From: Candidatus Saccharimonadota bacterium | GTDB lineage: Bacteria > Patescibacteriota > Gracilibacteria > UBA4473 | Assembly: GCA_965228485.1 (NCBI GenBank) | Contig: OZ245819.1 | Location: 240,001-272,000, forward strand | Reading direction: 5' to 3' | Length of the DNA: 32,000 nt | In this document: positions 7,651-16,124 of the stretch, in pieces | How the letters are laid out: each line of letters begins with the position of its first letter | Position numbering within the stretch: the stretch's first letter is position 1 | The notes under the pieces: generated by a model | What the model was told of the DNA's origin: nothing | The model's input: the letters and a program-made list of their open reading frames with translations, nothing else | Database searches by the model: none | Program-made: the position numbers and the translations under genes

Positions 7651-8784
7651 CTATTTAGTTTTTATAAATCCCGCCTTTATAGCCGCTTCTTCGCTTTCGA
7701 AACACTTTTCATATTCGATTCTTTTATACCAACCAGAAAGGGGAGTGTGATAGGTTTTTACTGGATTCTTCTTGCTTCCAGAAATATTCCCTTTAATTCT
7801 ACAATCCTCATCGTAATCTTTAACTTTTTTCATTACGGTCTCCTTATGCACTATAGAGTCTAGGCACTCCTTCCAAGCGCTTGGTAATGTTCTAAAAGTA
7901 GAGTTACCACTAACTCTAAACGCTCTATTATATTTTTTATCTAGAGTATTTTTATCAAAGAACATAAGCCCCATACTTATAAATTCATTTGAAACGAGAC
8001 TATTACGGTTTGGTAAAACTCTCCAAACATGTCGGACTATAGTTTTACGTTCTAAACTTTCTGTAACATCCGGTTCTAATATAACCTTTCTTCCTTTGAT
8101 GTTTTTATTAAGCCATTCAATTCTTTTGGAATTCAAACATCGATCTAATTCTACTTTACTCGTATTAATGGAGCTTGCTGTTGCGATGTTTATAATTGTA
8201 TCATCGTGTGCCAAAAGTCTGTTTTCATCAATCACATCTTTTATCCAGGTTACTCCCGTTCCCTTCGATATGATAGAATTTTGTCTATCCAAAATCAGTT
8301 TTGCTTTGTTTAATTCATTATAGATATAACAACTGCCCCAAACTCCCAACTTACTTTTCATAGCTTGGCTTTGTAATAATAATTTTTTCTTCTCATTCCC
8401 TAAATACTTTGCCCAGCCCTGCTCTATAAAAAACTTTTTGAGATCAGTTCTCCCTTTTTTTAATTTTATATTTCCATAAATATAAAACGGACGATTTCGA
8501 ACTCTTTTGTGTTTCTTTTCTACTTCAATAAACACTGTTTGATTCTTTATATTTTGATTTACGAAATATTTTACCTGTTCCTTAAAACAGTTGGTTTCAA
8601 GATTTTCATTTGTAAAATCGACCATCTCTAAATCGTTGAAAATAAATATTTGGCCATTGTAAAGCTGCCATTTATCAGCATTAATAATGGATCTCACTTT
8701 ATAGGAATTAAAATCAGCTTCTATTTGAAAGCTTGGAAACAGGAGTAAAAAAAGGATTGTCAAAGGTGTTTTTTTTCTTAGCAT
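7651..8784 (-). CDS. Secreted protein with two degenerate thermonuclease (SNase)-like domains and a C-terminal KGNI..YH.P...Y...E.CF.SEEAA..AGF domain
   Basis: N-terminal signal peptide MLRKKTPLTILFLLLFPSFQIEA. Two regions end in SNase-like strings (FIEQGWAKY...AMKSKLGVW; EFISMGLMFF). The last 50 aa (7654-7803), CRIKGNISGSKKNPVKTYHTPLSGWYKRIEYEKCFESEEAAIKAGFIKTK, resemble the conserved C-terminal module found on many secreted nucleases. Confidence 0.45.
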   Translation of the reverse strand: MLRKKTPLTILFLLLFPSFQIEADFNSYKVRSIINADKWQLYNGQIFIFNDLEMVDFTNENLETNCFKEQVKYFVNQNIKNQTVFIEVEKKHKRVRNRPFYIYGNIKLKKGRTDLKKFFIEQGWAKYLGNEKKKLLLQSQAMKSKLGVWGSCYIYNELNKAKLILDRQNSIISKGTGVTWIKDVIDENRLLAHDDTIINIATASSINTSKVELDRCLNSKRIEWLNKNIKGRKVILEPDVTESLERKTIVRHVWRVLPNRNSLVSNEFISMGLMFFDKNTLDKKYNRAFRVSGNSTFRTLPSAWKECLDSIVHKETVMKKVKDYDEDCRIKGNISGSKKNPVKTYHTPLSGWYKRIEYEKCFESEEAAIKAGFIKTK

Positions 8785-8808
8785 GCGGCCGATTTTTTAA
8801 AAATACCT

Positions 8809-10077
8809 ATGGCTAATTACAAGACACTTCCTAAATCAAAAGTTAATTTCACCCTTAAAGTGGATAAAACTGCTATCGAAAATGCTCGAAAAACAGTTAT
8901 TCAGCACATGAAAAACCAAATTTCTATCAAAGGCTTCAGAAAGGGACACGCTCCAGATGACTACGTAGTGGCTCAAGTTGGAGTTCAGAAAATTGCTTTT
9001 GAAGCTATGAATCAGGCTATTGACAAGGCTTATGCTAACTTTATAAAAGAAAATAATCTGCAAGTTATTTCTCAGCCAGAAGTAGATATCCCGTCACCAG
9101 ATAGTGATCCTATTGAAGTAAAATGTGAGGTAGAGATTTACCCAGAGATTACCGTAGGAGATTACAAGAAAATTAAAGTTAAAAAAGAAAAAATTGAAGT
9201 TGAAACCAAAGAAATTGAAGATGTTCTTATGACCGTTTGTGCCCAAATGGAGGCAGGAGAAGAGGTAAAAAGGGCTGCAAAGAAAAATGACCTTGTAGAA
9301 GTAGATTTTGCTGGAATTGATGACAAAGGGAAAGAAATTCCAAATACAGCAGGGAAAAATATGACATTTAGATTGGGACAAGGACACTACCTTCCTGATC
9401 TCGAAAAAGCTTTTGAAGGCATGAAAGCTGGAGAAGAAAAGAAAGCTGTAAAAGTAAAATTCCCGAAAGATTATCACTCAGAGGACTTTGCAGGAAAAAT
9501 AGTCAACTTTGATGTAGCCGTTCACAAGGTAAGTGAAATTAATCCAAATAAGCTTACAAAAGAACAAATCCAACAGATCTCAGGGAAAGAACAAAGTCTG
9601 GATGAGCTTAAAGAAAGCATCAAAAAAACCATCACTCAAAATAAGACTCAAGCCAAAGAACAAGAATGGATTGCTGATTATTCAACTCAACTTGCAAAAC
9701 TTGTAAAGGCGGACCTCCCACAGAGCTGGTTAGACAGAGAAGTAAGCTCTAGGCTTGCAAGATTAAAACAAAACCCTCAGTTTCAATCCAATCCAGAACA
9801 ATTCTGGAAAGCTATGGGGAAAGATGAAGAAGTCTTTAAAAAAGAACTAGCCTCAGAGGGGGAAAAAGACCTAAAAGTTTTCCTTGGACTCTCTGAAATC
9901 GTTAAAACTGAAGGTATTACCTTAGATAAAGATGAAAAAACACAAGCACATCACATAGCACGGCAGAACATAGGTCATGATCACCATCATGGACACTCTC
10001 ATGACGTCGAAGTTGAAAAAGCTGAATTAAACCTAAAAATTGACAAATTCCTTCGCTCGACTATAATAGAAGGATAG
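8809..10077 (+). CDS. tig: Trigger factor
   Basis: N-terminal ribosome-binding signature GFRKGHAP, a central FKBP-type PPIase region (DFAG.DDKG...F.LGQG...P.LE.A..GMKAGE) and a C-terminal arm. Unusual His-rich segment GHDHHHGHSHD near the C-terminus. Confidence 0.9.
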   Translation: MANYKTLPKSKVNFTLKVDKTAIENARKTVIQHMKNQISIKGFRKGHAPDDYVVAQVGVQKIAFEAMNQAIDKAYANFIKENNLQVISQPEVDIPSPDSDPIEVKCEVEIYPEITVGDYKKIKVKKEKIEVETKEIEDVLMTVCAQMEAGEEVKRAAKKNDLVEVDFAGIDDKGKEIPNTAGKNMTFRLGQGHYLPDLEKAFEGMKAGEEKKAVKVKFPKDYHSEDFAGKIVNFDVAVHKVSEINPNKLTKEQIQQISGKEQSLDELKESIKKTITQNKTQAKEQEWIADYSTQLAKLVKADLPQSWLDREVSSRLARLKQNPQFQSNPEQFWKAMGKDEEVFKKELASEGEKDLKVFLGLSEIVKTEGITLDKDEKTQAHHIARQNIGHDHHHGHSHDVEVEKAELNLKIDKFLRSTIIEG

Positions 10078-10093
10078 AAAAACAAAAAAATAA

Positions 10094-10333
10094 ATGAAAT
10101 ACATCTACCTGGGTTTAATGACGGTTGTGGGAATCTTAGGGCTTATTGTATGCTTTGAGAACATAATGTTGCAGTCTCCTGGAATGATGATATTTTTTGA
10201 GACTATGACTGGGAGTATGTTTTGGCCTTTATTATTCATCCTCATTATGGGATTTATTTCTGGTACATTTTTTGGACTCGCATTAATGTCTGGAAAAAGT
10301 AAGAATGAAGATTTTGATGAAATTGATATTTAA
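10094..10333 (+). CDS. Small two-TM membrane protein (LapA/DUF1049-like)
   Basis: 79 aa with two hydrophobic helices separated by a short loop and an acidic tail. It starts 16 nt after the tig stop and a terminator follows. Confidence 0.5.
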   Translation: MKYIYLGLMTVVGILGLIVCFENIMLQSPGMMIFFETMTGSMFWPLLFILIMGFISGTFFGLALMSGKSKNEDFDEIDI

Positions 10334-10358
10334 TCAGTTTTAATTTTCAATGTTATAG

Positions 10359-10386
10359 AAAACCTCTTAGCCAAGAGGTTTTTTTG
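10359..10386 (+). terminator. Rho-independent terminator
   Basis: AACCTCTT (10361-10368), loop AGCC, AAGAGGTT (10373-10380), running into a T tract that ends at 10385. Confidence 0.8.
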
Positions 10387-10429
10387 TGCTTTTATTTATG
10401 AATAAAAAATTTGAACAAGATAAATACAT

Positions 10430-10450
10430 TTGAATAATTTTTTTATTCAA
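10430..10450. promoter_or_regulatory. Perfect 8-bp inverted repeat TTGAATAA-N5-TTATTCAA (candidate operator)
   Basis: TTGAATAA 10430-10437, TTTTT spacer, TTATTCAA 10443-10450. The half-site recurs at 10587-10594 and as aTGAATAA at 10398-10405, all upstream of a wHTH regulator gene. Confidence 0.3.
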
Positions 10451-10540
10451 GATGATAAAAAAATAGGTTCATGTCTATTTTTTTTAATCAACTAAAAGCT
10501 TATATTAAAAGGGTTTTCTGCATTTGTTAATAAAAAAATA

Positions 10541-10569
10541 TTGACATAAAACCCGAAATCGAATAAGTT
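10541..10569 (+). promoter_or_regulatory. Putative promoter for the wHTH regulator gene
   Basis: Consensus -35 TTGACA (10541-10546), 17-nt spacer, weak -10 TAAGTT (10564-10569). Confidence 0.3.
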
Positions 10570-10599
10570 TTTTGTACTGTTAGATTTTGAATAAAAATA

Positions 10600-11172
10600 A
10601 TGCTCAAAAAGTTGTTTGGTTCCGGAGCAAGAGTAAAACTCCTCAAACAGTTCCTCCTCAACCCAGAAGAAGAATTTTTCATTCGAGAACTCACGAGAAT
10701 TCTCGATGAACAAATTAACTCTCTAAGACGAGAACTTGAAAACCTAGAGTCAGTAGGAATGCTCAAGTCTCGAGAAAAGAACAGAAGAAAATACTATAGA
10801 GTAAATCCTCACTTTTTACTTTTGCACGAATTTACATCTATTGTTCGTAAAACGGATGAAAGCAACGATGCCCTTCTTAAAAAACTATCTAAACTTGGCG
10901 ATATAGATTTATGTATATTATCAGGTCGATTTGTAGATACTAAATCTGATATCGATCTATTTGTTGTAGGAAGCATATCGGCCAAAGATCTTGAGAATTT
11001 CGTAAATGAATATTTTTCAGGTGAATCAATTAAATCAGGAGCTATGACCAAAGAAGACTTTCTTTATAGAATCACCCTTAAAGATAAGTTTGTAATGGGA
11101 TTGTTTGCCGACAAAGATAACCTTATCTTAAAAAACAAATTAAAAAAGGATACTGAAGCCCTCGTTTCTTAA
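10600..11172 (+). CDS. Winged-helix (ArsR/MarR-like) transcriptional regulator with a C-terminal nucleotidyltransferase-like domain
   Basis: The N-terminus FGSGARVKLLKQFLLNPEEEFFIRELTRILDEQINSLRRELENLESVGMLKSREKNRRKYYRVN fits the wHTH pattern (helix-turn-helix plus a beta wing ending YY.vN). The C-terminal half contains SGRFV....SDIDLFVVG, resembling a minimal NTase motif. Confidence 0.6.
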   Translation: MLKKLFGSGARVKLLKQFLLNPEEEFFIRELTRILDEQINSLRRELENLESVGMLKSREKNRRKYYRVNPHFLLLHEFTSIVRKTDESNDALLKKLSKLGDIDLCILSGRFVDTKSDIDLFVVGSISAKDLENFVNEYFSGESIKSGAMTKEDFLYRITLKDKFVMGLFADKDNLILKNKLKKDTEALVS

Positions 11173-11181
11173 TAAAAAAAT

Positions 11182-11209
11182 TTGCGTTAAGAAACGTTCC
11201 TTTTATAAT
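11182..11209 (+). promoter_or_regulatory. Putative promoter for rplS
   Basis: TTGCGT (11182-11187), 16-nt spacer, consensus TATAAT (11204-11209). It lies 24 nt upstream of the ATG. Confidence 0.45.
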
Positions 11210-11233
11210 CCGCTTCGATTAATTTAGAATATT

Positions 11234-11671
11234 ATGTCAAAAGTCATTCAAGATTTTGGTTCTCAGTTTTGCAAAGAGTCTGTTCCAGACCTTAAACCAG
11301 GATTTTTGGTAGCTGTTCACCAAAAAATTAAAGAAGGGAACAAAGAGAGGGTTCAGGTCTTCCAGGGGACCGTTATCAAAACTAATGCAGGACACGGTGT
11401 GGATAGTACATTTACTGTTCGAAAGATTTCTGAAGGAATTGGGGTTGAAAAAATCTTCCCGATTCATTCTCCAACAATTGTGAAAATTGATGTTCTTCGA
11501 GCTCACAAGGTTCGACGAGCAAAACTACGATACCTACGAGACCTAAGCGGAAAAGCTCTAAGAATGAAGGAAATTCCTCTTAAACTTCGAGAAAAAACCT
11601 TTGCTAAGCCAGTAGTAAAAACTGAAGAAGCTCCATCAGAGGAAACAAAAAACGAAGAAAAAGAAGCTTAG
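11234..11671 (+). CDS. rplS: 50S ribosomal protein L19 with an acidic/lysine-rich C-terminal extension
   Basis: PDLKPGFLVAVHQKIKEGNKERVQVFQGTVI...FTVRKIS.GIGVEKIFP.HSP.I..I.V.R...VRRAKLRYLR is the L19 signature. Confidence 0.9.
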   Translation: MSKVIQDFGSQFCKESVPDLKPGFLVAVHQKIKEGNKERVQVFQGTVIKTNAGHGVDSTFTVRKISEGIGVEKIFPIHSPTIVKIDVLRAHKVRRAKLRYLRDLSGKALRMKEIPLKLREKTFAKPVVKTEEAPSEETKNEEKEA

Positions 11672-11694
11672 TAGAAATATTCTAGATACTAAAT

Positions 11695-11724
11695 AAAAAA
11701 CTCTGAAATCTTTCAGAGTTTTTT
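11695..11724. terminator. Bidirectional rho-independent terminator shared by rplS (+) and carB-N (-)
   Basis: A6 tract (11695-11700), stem CTCTGA (11701-11706) pairing with TCAGAG (11713-11718), T6 tract (11719-11724). It lies between convergent gene ends. Confidence 0.75.
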
Positions 11725-11738
11725 ATTATCTAAAGAGC

Positions 11739-13382
11739 CTAAACGTCGTTCTTTTCTCCTAAATAGGTAGTATATAAATAATTTGTTTGAGCTGGAAATT
11801 CCGCAGCCAGTGTATCTATCTGTTTTGTTACTGGCTTAATATCCGCTTTTTTTCTTAATTCATAGACTTCCTTAAAGCTTTTTTTAGTAAGGCGACCAAT
11901 TTCTTGATCAGAAAAACCTAGATTTTTAGCTTCCAGTAAATTGGTATCATTTAATCCTTCTCTTTCTAGTTTTTGAGCAAAGTCAGTAATTCGTTTAACT
12001 TGAGATAAAAACCAATGATCAATTTTAGTTAAGTCAAATATCTCTTCGGTGGTAAAATAGTTTTGATAGAGAGCCTCTGCTACAGCAAATAATCGTCTTG
12101 GAGAAGCCGTTTTAAGATTCTTTTCAATTTCTTTTTTTGAATCAAAAGAAATAGGGGAGTCAAGAATCCCATGACTTCCGATTCCGAGCATTCGAACCGC
12201 TTTTTGTACCACTTCTGGAAAATTCCGGCCTAAAGCCATAACCTCACCAACAGACTTCATTTCCGTTGCAATTTCATGACTCACTTTTCTAAATTTTCCA
12301 AGATCCCATCGAGGGATTTTCAATGCCACATAGTCTAGTGCTGGCTCAAAATAAGCCGTTGTAACTTTTGTAATGGCGTTTGGAATTTCATACAGATCTT
12401 TACCAAGCATAATCTCAGCGGCAACGGCAGCTAAAGGATATCCAGTAGCCTTAGAAGCTAAGGCAGAACTTCGACTTAGTCGAGGATTAACTTCAATCAC
12501 TCTATATTCTTCTGGATCATTAGGATTTAGGGCGTACTGGATATTACATTCTCCAATGATTCTAAGGTGTCGAATAGTTTTTATAGCAACGGTTCTGAGT
12601 AGTTGCCATTCCTGATTTGAAAGTGTCATAGAAGGAGATACAACAATAGATTCTCCTGTATGGATCCCTAATGGATCAAAATTCTCCATATTCACAACCG
12701 TGATTACATTATCACTCCCATCTCGAACGACTTCATATTCAAGCTCTTTCCACCCTCTAAGGTCTTCCTCAACCAATACTTGAGGAGAGAAGGCAAAAGC
12801 ATCTCTTACCATTCCTTCAAATTTATCAGGGGTTTCACAAAAACCAGATCCTTGCCCTCCCAATGTAAACCCTGCACGCATAATTAATGGAAATCCTATC
12901 TCTTTTGCGGCAGCTTTGGCCTCCTCCATAGAACGTGCAGCGATTGAACGAGGTGTTTTCACTTCTATTTCGGTACATTTTTGCACAAAAATCTCTCGAT
13001 CCTCAGTAGCACGAATTGTTTCTACGCTGGTCCCTAATACTTTAATTTTATGTTTTTTAAGTATTCCAGCTTCTTCAAGGTCCAATCCACAATTCAGAGC
13101 TGTTTGTCCTCCAAAGGAAAGGGCTAGAGCATCAGGTTTTTCTTTAATAATAATTCTCTCAACAAATTCTGGCGTAACGGGTAAAAAGTAAACCTTATCA
13201 GCATGAACACTCCCTGGAGAAAAAGCTTCAGGATCGGTTTGAACCGTAGCAATATTAGGATTAATCAGCACGACTTCATGACCGTCTGCCTTAAAGGTCT
13301 TAATAGCTTGAGACCCTGAATAATCAAATTCGCCAGCTTGACCAATCTTAAGTGCTCCAGAACCGAGTAATAATATTTTCAT
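11739..13382 (-). CDS. carB: Carbamoyl-phosphate synthase large subunit, N-terminal half only (carboxyphosphate plus oligomerisation domains)
   Basis: ILLLGSGALKIGQAGEFDYSGSQA, the ATP-grasp core, EVNPRLSRSSALASKATGYPLA and MKSVGEVMALGR are collinear with E. coli CarB residues ~1-555. The ORF ends at ...AAEFPAQTNYLYTTYLGEKNDV*, exactly the boundary before the second ATP-grasp half. Confidence 0.85.
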   Translation of the reverse strand: MKILLLGSGALKIGQAGEFDYSGSQAIKTFKADGHEVVLINPNIATVQTDPEAFSPGSVHADKVYFLPVTPEFVERIIIKEKPDALALSFGGQTALNCGLDLEEAGILKKHKIKVLGTSVETIRATEDREIFVQKCTEIEVKTPRSIAARSMEEAKAAAKEIGFPLIMRAGFTLGGQGSGFCETPDKFEGMVRDAFAFSPQVLVEEDLRGWKELEYEVVRDGSDNVITVVNMENFDPLGIHTGESIVVSPSMTLSNQEWQLLRTVAIKTIRHLRIIGECNIQYALNPNDPEEYRVIEVNPRLSRSSALASKATGYPLAAVAAEIMLGKDLYEIPNAITKVTTAYFEPALDYVALKIPRWDLGKFRKVSHEIATEMKSVGEVMALGRNFPEVVQKAVRMLGIGSHGILDSPISFDSKKEIEKNLKTASPRRLFAVAEALYQNYFTTEEIFDLTKIDHWFLSQVKRITDFAQKLEREGLNDTNLLEAKNLGFSDQEIGRLTKKSFKEVYELRKKADIKPVTKQIDTLAAEFPAQTNYLYTTYLGEKNDV

Positions 13383-13392
13383 AATTAGAAAT

Positions 13393-14157
13393 TTACTGTT
13401 TTAATCGCCAACCTGTTCGGAAAGCCCAAATATTTAGTGTAAAAAACACAACAAAAATAATAAAAGATGTTCCAAAACTTAACCTTGGATCTACTTCGGC
13501 AATGCCAAGGAAGCTCCATCGTAAACCATCAGCTAGATAAAAGAAAGGGTTAACCTGTGATAATTTTTGAGCTAAAGGAGGAAGCATCTCTAGACTATAA
13601 AATATCGCCCCTAAAAACCCCATTGGAGTAATCACAAAAGTGGATATACCCGAGGTTTGATCAAAGGTTTTAGCCCAAATACCAACAAGAGTTCCGGCCG
13701 CGCTAAAAATACCATTAGCTATAAAGACCATAGCGACAAAAGGAAACCAATGTTCTGGAAAAAATTTTCCTGTAAAAAATCCTGCTACCAAGAAAATTAA
13801 GAGTGAGACTAATACTCCGCGAATAACTCCTCCAAGTAGAAAACCAAGTGTTTTCTCCATTGGCGTAAGTGGCGGTAGTAATAAGTCAGAGAGCGTCCCT
13901 GAATACTTTGCAATAATAATAGAACTTGAAGGATTCATAAAAGCATTAGTTGTCGATTGCAATAGTACCAAACCAGGAATAATAAATACGGGATACGGCA
14001 CTCCATTAATTTCTTCAATTTGTGTTCCTAGTGCTCCTCCAAAAACAGCAAAATACATAACCGCAATAATCACCGGCGACATAAGAGTCTGCAACCAGAC
14101 TTTTAGAAACCGATGAGTCTCTTTCCAGGTTAGAGTATAGAGTCTAATTAAATTCAT
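13393..14157 (-). CDS. ABC-2 type transporter permease
   Basis: 254 aa with ~6 predicted TM helices. The start overlaps the upstream ATPase stop (TAATG), which suggests translational coupling. Confidence 0.75.
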   Translation of the reverse strand: MNLIRLYTLTWKETHRFLKVWLQTLMSPVIIAVMYFAVFGGALGTQIEEINGVPYPVFIIPGLVLLQSTTNAFMNPSSSIIIAKYSGTLSDLLLPPLTPMEKTLGFLLGGVIRGVLVSLLIFLVAGFFTGKFFPEHWFPFVAMVFIANGIFSAAGTLVGIWAKTFDQTSGISTFVITPMGFLGAIFYSLEMLPPLAQKLSQVNPFFYLADGLRWSFLGIAEVDPRLSFGTSFIIFVVFFTLNIWAFRTGWRLKQ

Positions 14158-15008
14158 TATTTCTTGGTCACTTCTAAGAATATATCTTCCAATTTTGGCT
14201 CTTTAATTCGAATATTTTTTACTCGAGGGTAGTCTGAAACAAGCTTTTTGAGATTTACATCCGTATCAGATATTTCAATCTCCTCAGTAGCGCCATCACA
14301 ACTTTCTATTTCTAATATTCTTTTTTGCTTTCGAAGGAGGGTTTCTTTTGATTCGCAAATTAAAATTTCACCAATATTTTGAATAGCAATCGTTTCGGCC
14401 AGTAATTGAGCTTCTTCTAAATAATGAGTTGTAAGTAGAATTGTCATTTTTTTCTTTTCCTGAAGCTCTCTCAAGAAAGTATAAAGGCTTTGCCTCAATT
14501 CTATGTCGACCCCAGCCGTCGGCTCATCTAATACCAAAATCTCTGGCTCGTGAGCTAGTGCTTTAGCAATCATCAACCGTCGTTTCATTCCTCCAGACAG
14601 ATTTCTTGCACGACTATTTTTCTTGTCGGTTAAATTTAGTTTTTCCAGTAGCCAGAGAAGATATTCTTCATTTGGCTTCATACCAAAAAGCCCTCTTCTT
14701 AATCGCAAAATCTCCAAAGGCGTAAAAAAGGGATCAAATACTAACTCCTGCTCAACAATTCCAAGCTTCATTTTAGTAAATTCAGAATTTACTGCTGGGT
14801 CTTGTCCAAGTACTTCTATAGTTCCACTGGTTCTATCGGTAATTCCATTAAGACAGTTAATCAATGTTGTTTTTCCAGCCCCGTTTGGCCCCAAAAGAGC
14901 AAAAAATTCACCTTTTTTTACCTCAAAGGAAATATCTTTTAAAGCCACAAAATCATCATATTTCTTATGAACCTTGTTAAACTTTAGAGCAATTTCTTTC
15001 TGAGACAT
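14157..15008 (-). CDS. ABC transporter ATP-binding protein
   Basis: Walker A GPNGAGKTT, ABC signature LSGGMKRR, Walker B ILVLDEPTAGVD, H-loop TTHY. Confidence 0.9.
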   Translation of the reverse strand: MSQKEIALKFNKVHKKYDDFVALKDISFEVKKGEFFALLGPNGAGKTTLINCLNGITDRTSGTIEVLGQDPAVNSEFTKMKLGIVEQELVFDPFFTPLEILRLRRGLFGMKPNEEYLLWLLEKLNLTDKKNSRARNLSGGMKRRLMIAKALAHEPEILVLDEPTAGVDIELRQSLYTFLRELQEKKKMTILLTTHYLEEAQLLAETIAIQNIGEILICESKETLLRKQKRILEIESCDGATEEIEISDTDVNLKKLVSDYPRVKNIRIKEPKLEDIFLEVTKK

Positions 15009-15011
15009 TAA

Positions 15012-16082
15012 TTATAAAGTGCTAATAAATTCATCAAATAAATATTCGGCATCTTCTGGTCCTGCACAAGCTTCTGGATGAAATTGTACTGCAAAAATTG
15101 GTTTTGTCTTATGTTTAATCCCTTCTACAGAATTATCATTTAAATTTTTAAACCAAACCTCAAACCCTTCTGGTAAAGATTCTTCTTCCACAACGTAACC
15201 ATGATTTTGAGTAGTCACGATACAATGCTGAGTTTCAACATCTTGTACTGGTTGATTCACTCCTCGATGTCCATATTTCATTTTTACTGTTTTCCCTCCT
15301 GCTGCCAACCCCAACATTTGATTCCCTAAACAAATTCCAAAAATTGGAATCTCTTTCTCAAGTGCAATTTTCATAGTATCAATTGTCTCGTGTACAGTTT
15401 CTGGGTCTCCTGGACCATTAGAGAAGAAAATCCCATCAAAATCCTCACCAGAATCAAAAGGGTTCGCATCGAATGGGTAGCGAATAACTTTAACGCCTCG
15501 TTCTAAGAAGTTTCGGAATATACCATTCTTTGCTCCACAATCAACAAAAGCAACCGTCTTACCGATCGGATTTTCTGGTTCAATAATAGTGGTTTCAGTT
15601 GGAGAAACTGCTGGAACATATCTTCCTGCGAGCTGGTCTGTGAAATCAGTAGCTGGGGAATTGCCTATGTTTCCCATAATACAACCTCGTTCACGAAGCA
15701 CTTGAGTTAGGCTTCTAGTATCAACATTCGCTAATCCTGGGATATTATTTTTTTCTAGCCAGTCTGAAAAATTTTGAAAAGCTTGGCAGTGAGAAAATTC
15801 CTCTGACCACTCGGTCAAAATCACACCTTTAACCCAAATTTTTTGAGATTCATACGTTTCATCTATGTCTGGCGCCATTTGTTTCGGGTCAAATACACCA
15901 TAATTCCCAATGAGAGGAAAAGTAAATACGACTATTTGTCCATAATAACTCGGATCTGTTAGAGTTTCTAAATACCCTGTCATCCCTGTCGTAAAAACAA
16001 CCTCACCAAGGGTATCTGCATTCGCACCAAAACTAACCCCAGTAAAGTTTTCACTGGATTCTAGAAATAATTTCTTTGACAT
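15012..16082 (-). CDS. carA: Carbamoyl-phosphate synthase small (glutamine amidotransferase) subunit
   Basis: The N-terminal CPSase small-chain domain (GEVVFTTGMTGY.E.LTDPSY.GQI) is followed by a class I GATase with GICLGNQ, HRG.NQPV and FAVQFHPEA. Confidence 0.9.
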   Translation of the reverse strand: MSKKLFLESSENFTGVSFGANADTLGEVVFTTGMTGYLETLTDPSYYGQIVVFTFPLIGNYGVFDPKQMAPDIDETYESQKIWVKGVILTEWSEEFSHCQAFQNFSDWLEKNNIPGLANVDTRSLTQVLRERGCIMGNIGNSPATDFTDQLAGRYVPAVSPTETTIIEPENPIGKTVAFVDCGAKNGIFRNFLERGVKVIRYPFDANPFDSGEDFDGIFFSNGPGDPETVHETIDTMKIALEKEIPIFGICLGNQMLGLAAGGKTVKMKYGHRGVNQPVQDVETQHCIVTTQNHGYVVEEESLPEGFEVWFKNLNDNSVEGIKHKTKPIFAVQFHPEACAGPEDAEYLFDEFISTL

Positions 16083-16124
16083 CTGGAGGATTCTAATAGT
16101 GGTTAATAAATTTTCAAAATGTTT

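Noticed and set aside
9094-9477. Antisense shadow ORFs inside well-supported genes (e.g. 9094-9477, 8836-9063, 12373-12615, 12916-13191, 14623-14970, 17068-17379, 24834-25253, 28190-28399, 29062-29351)
   Set aside because: Each lies wholly inside a confidently identified gene on the opposite strand and translates to low-complexity sequence resembling no family. These are typical shadow ORFs of AT-rich DNA.
10492-10766. Minus-strand ORFs of 73 and 79 aa across the 10334-10599 spacer and the regulator gene start
   Set aside because: They overlap the promoter region and the 5' end of a well-supported wHTH gene. The translations are low-complexity (F/S/N-rich). They are more likely non-coding.
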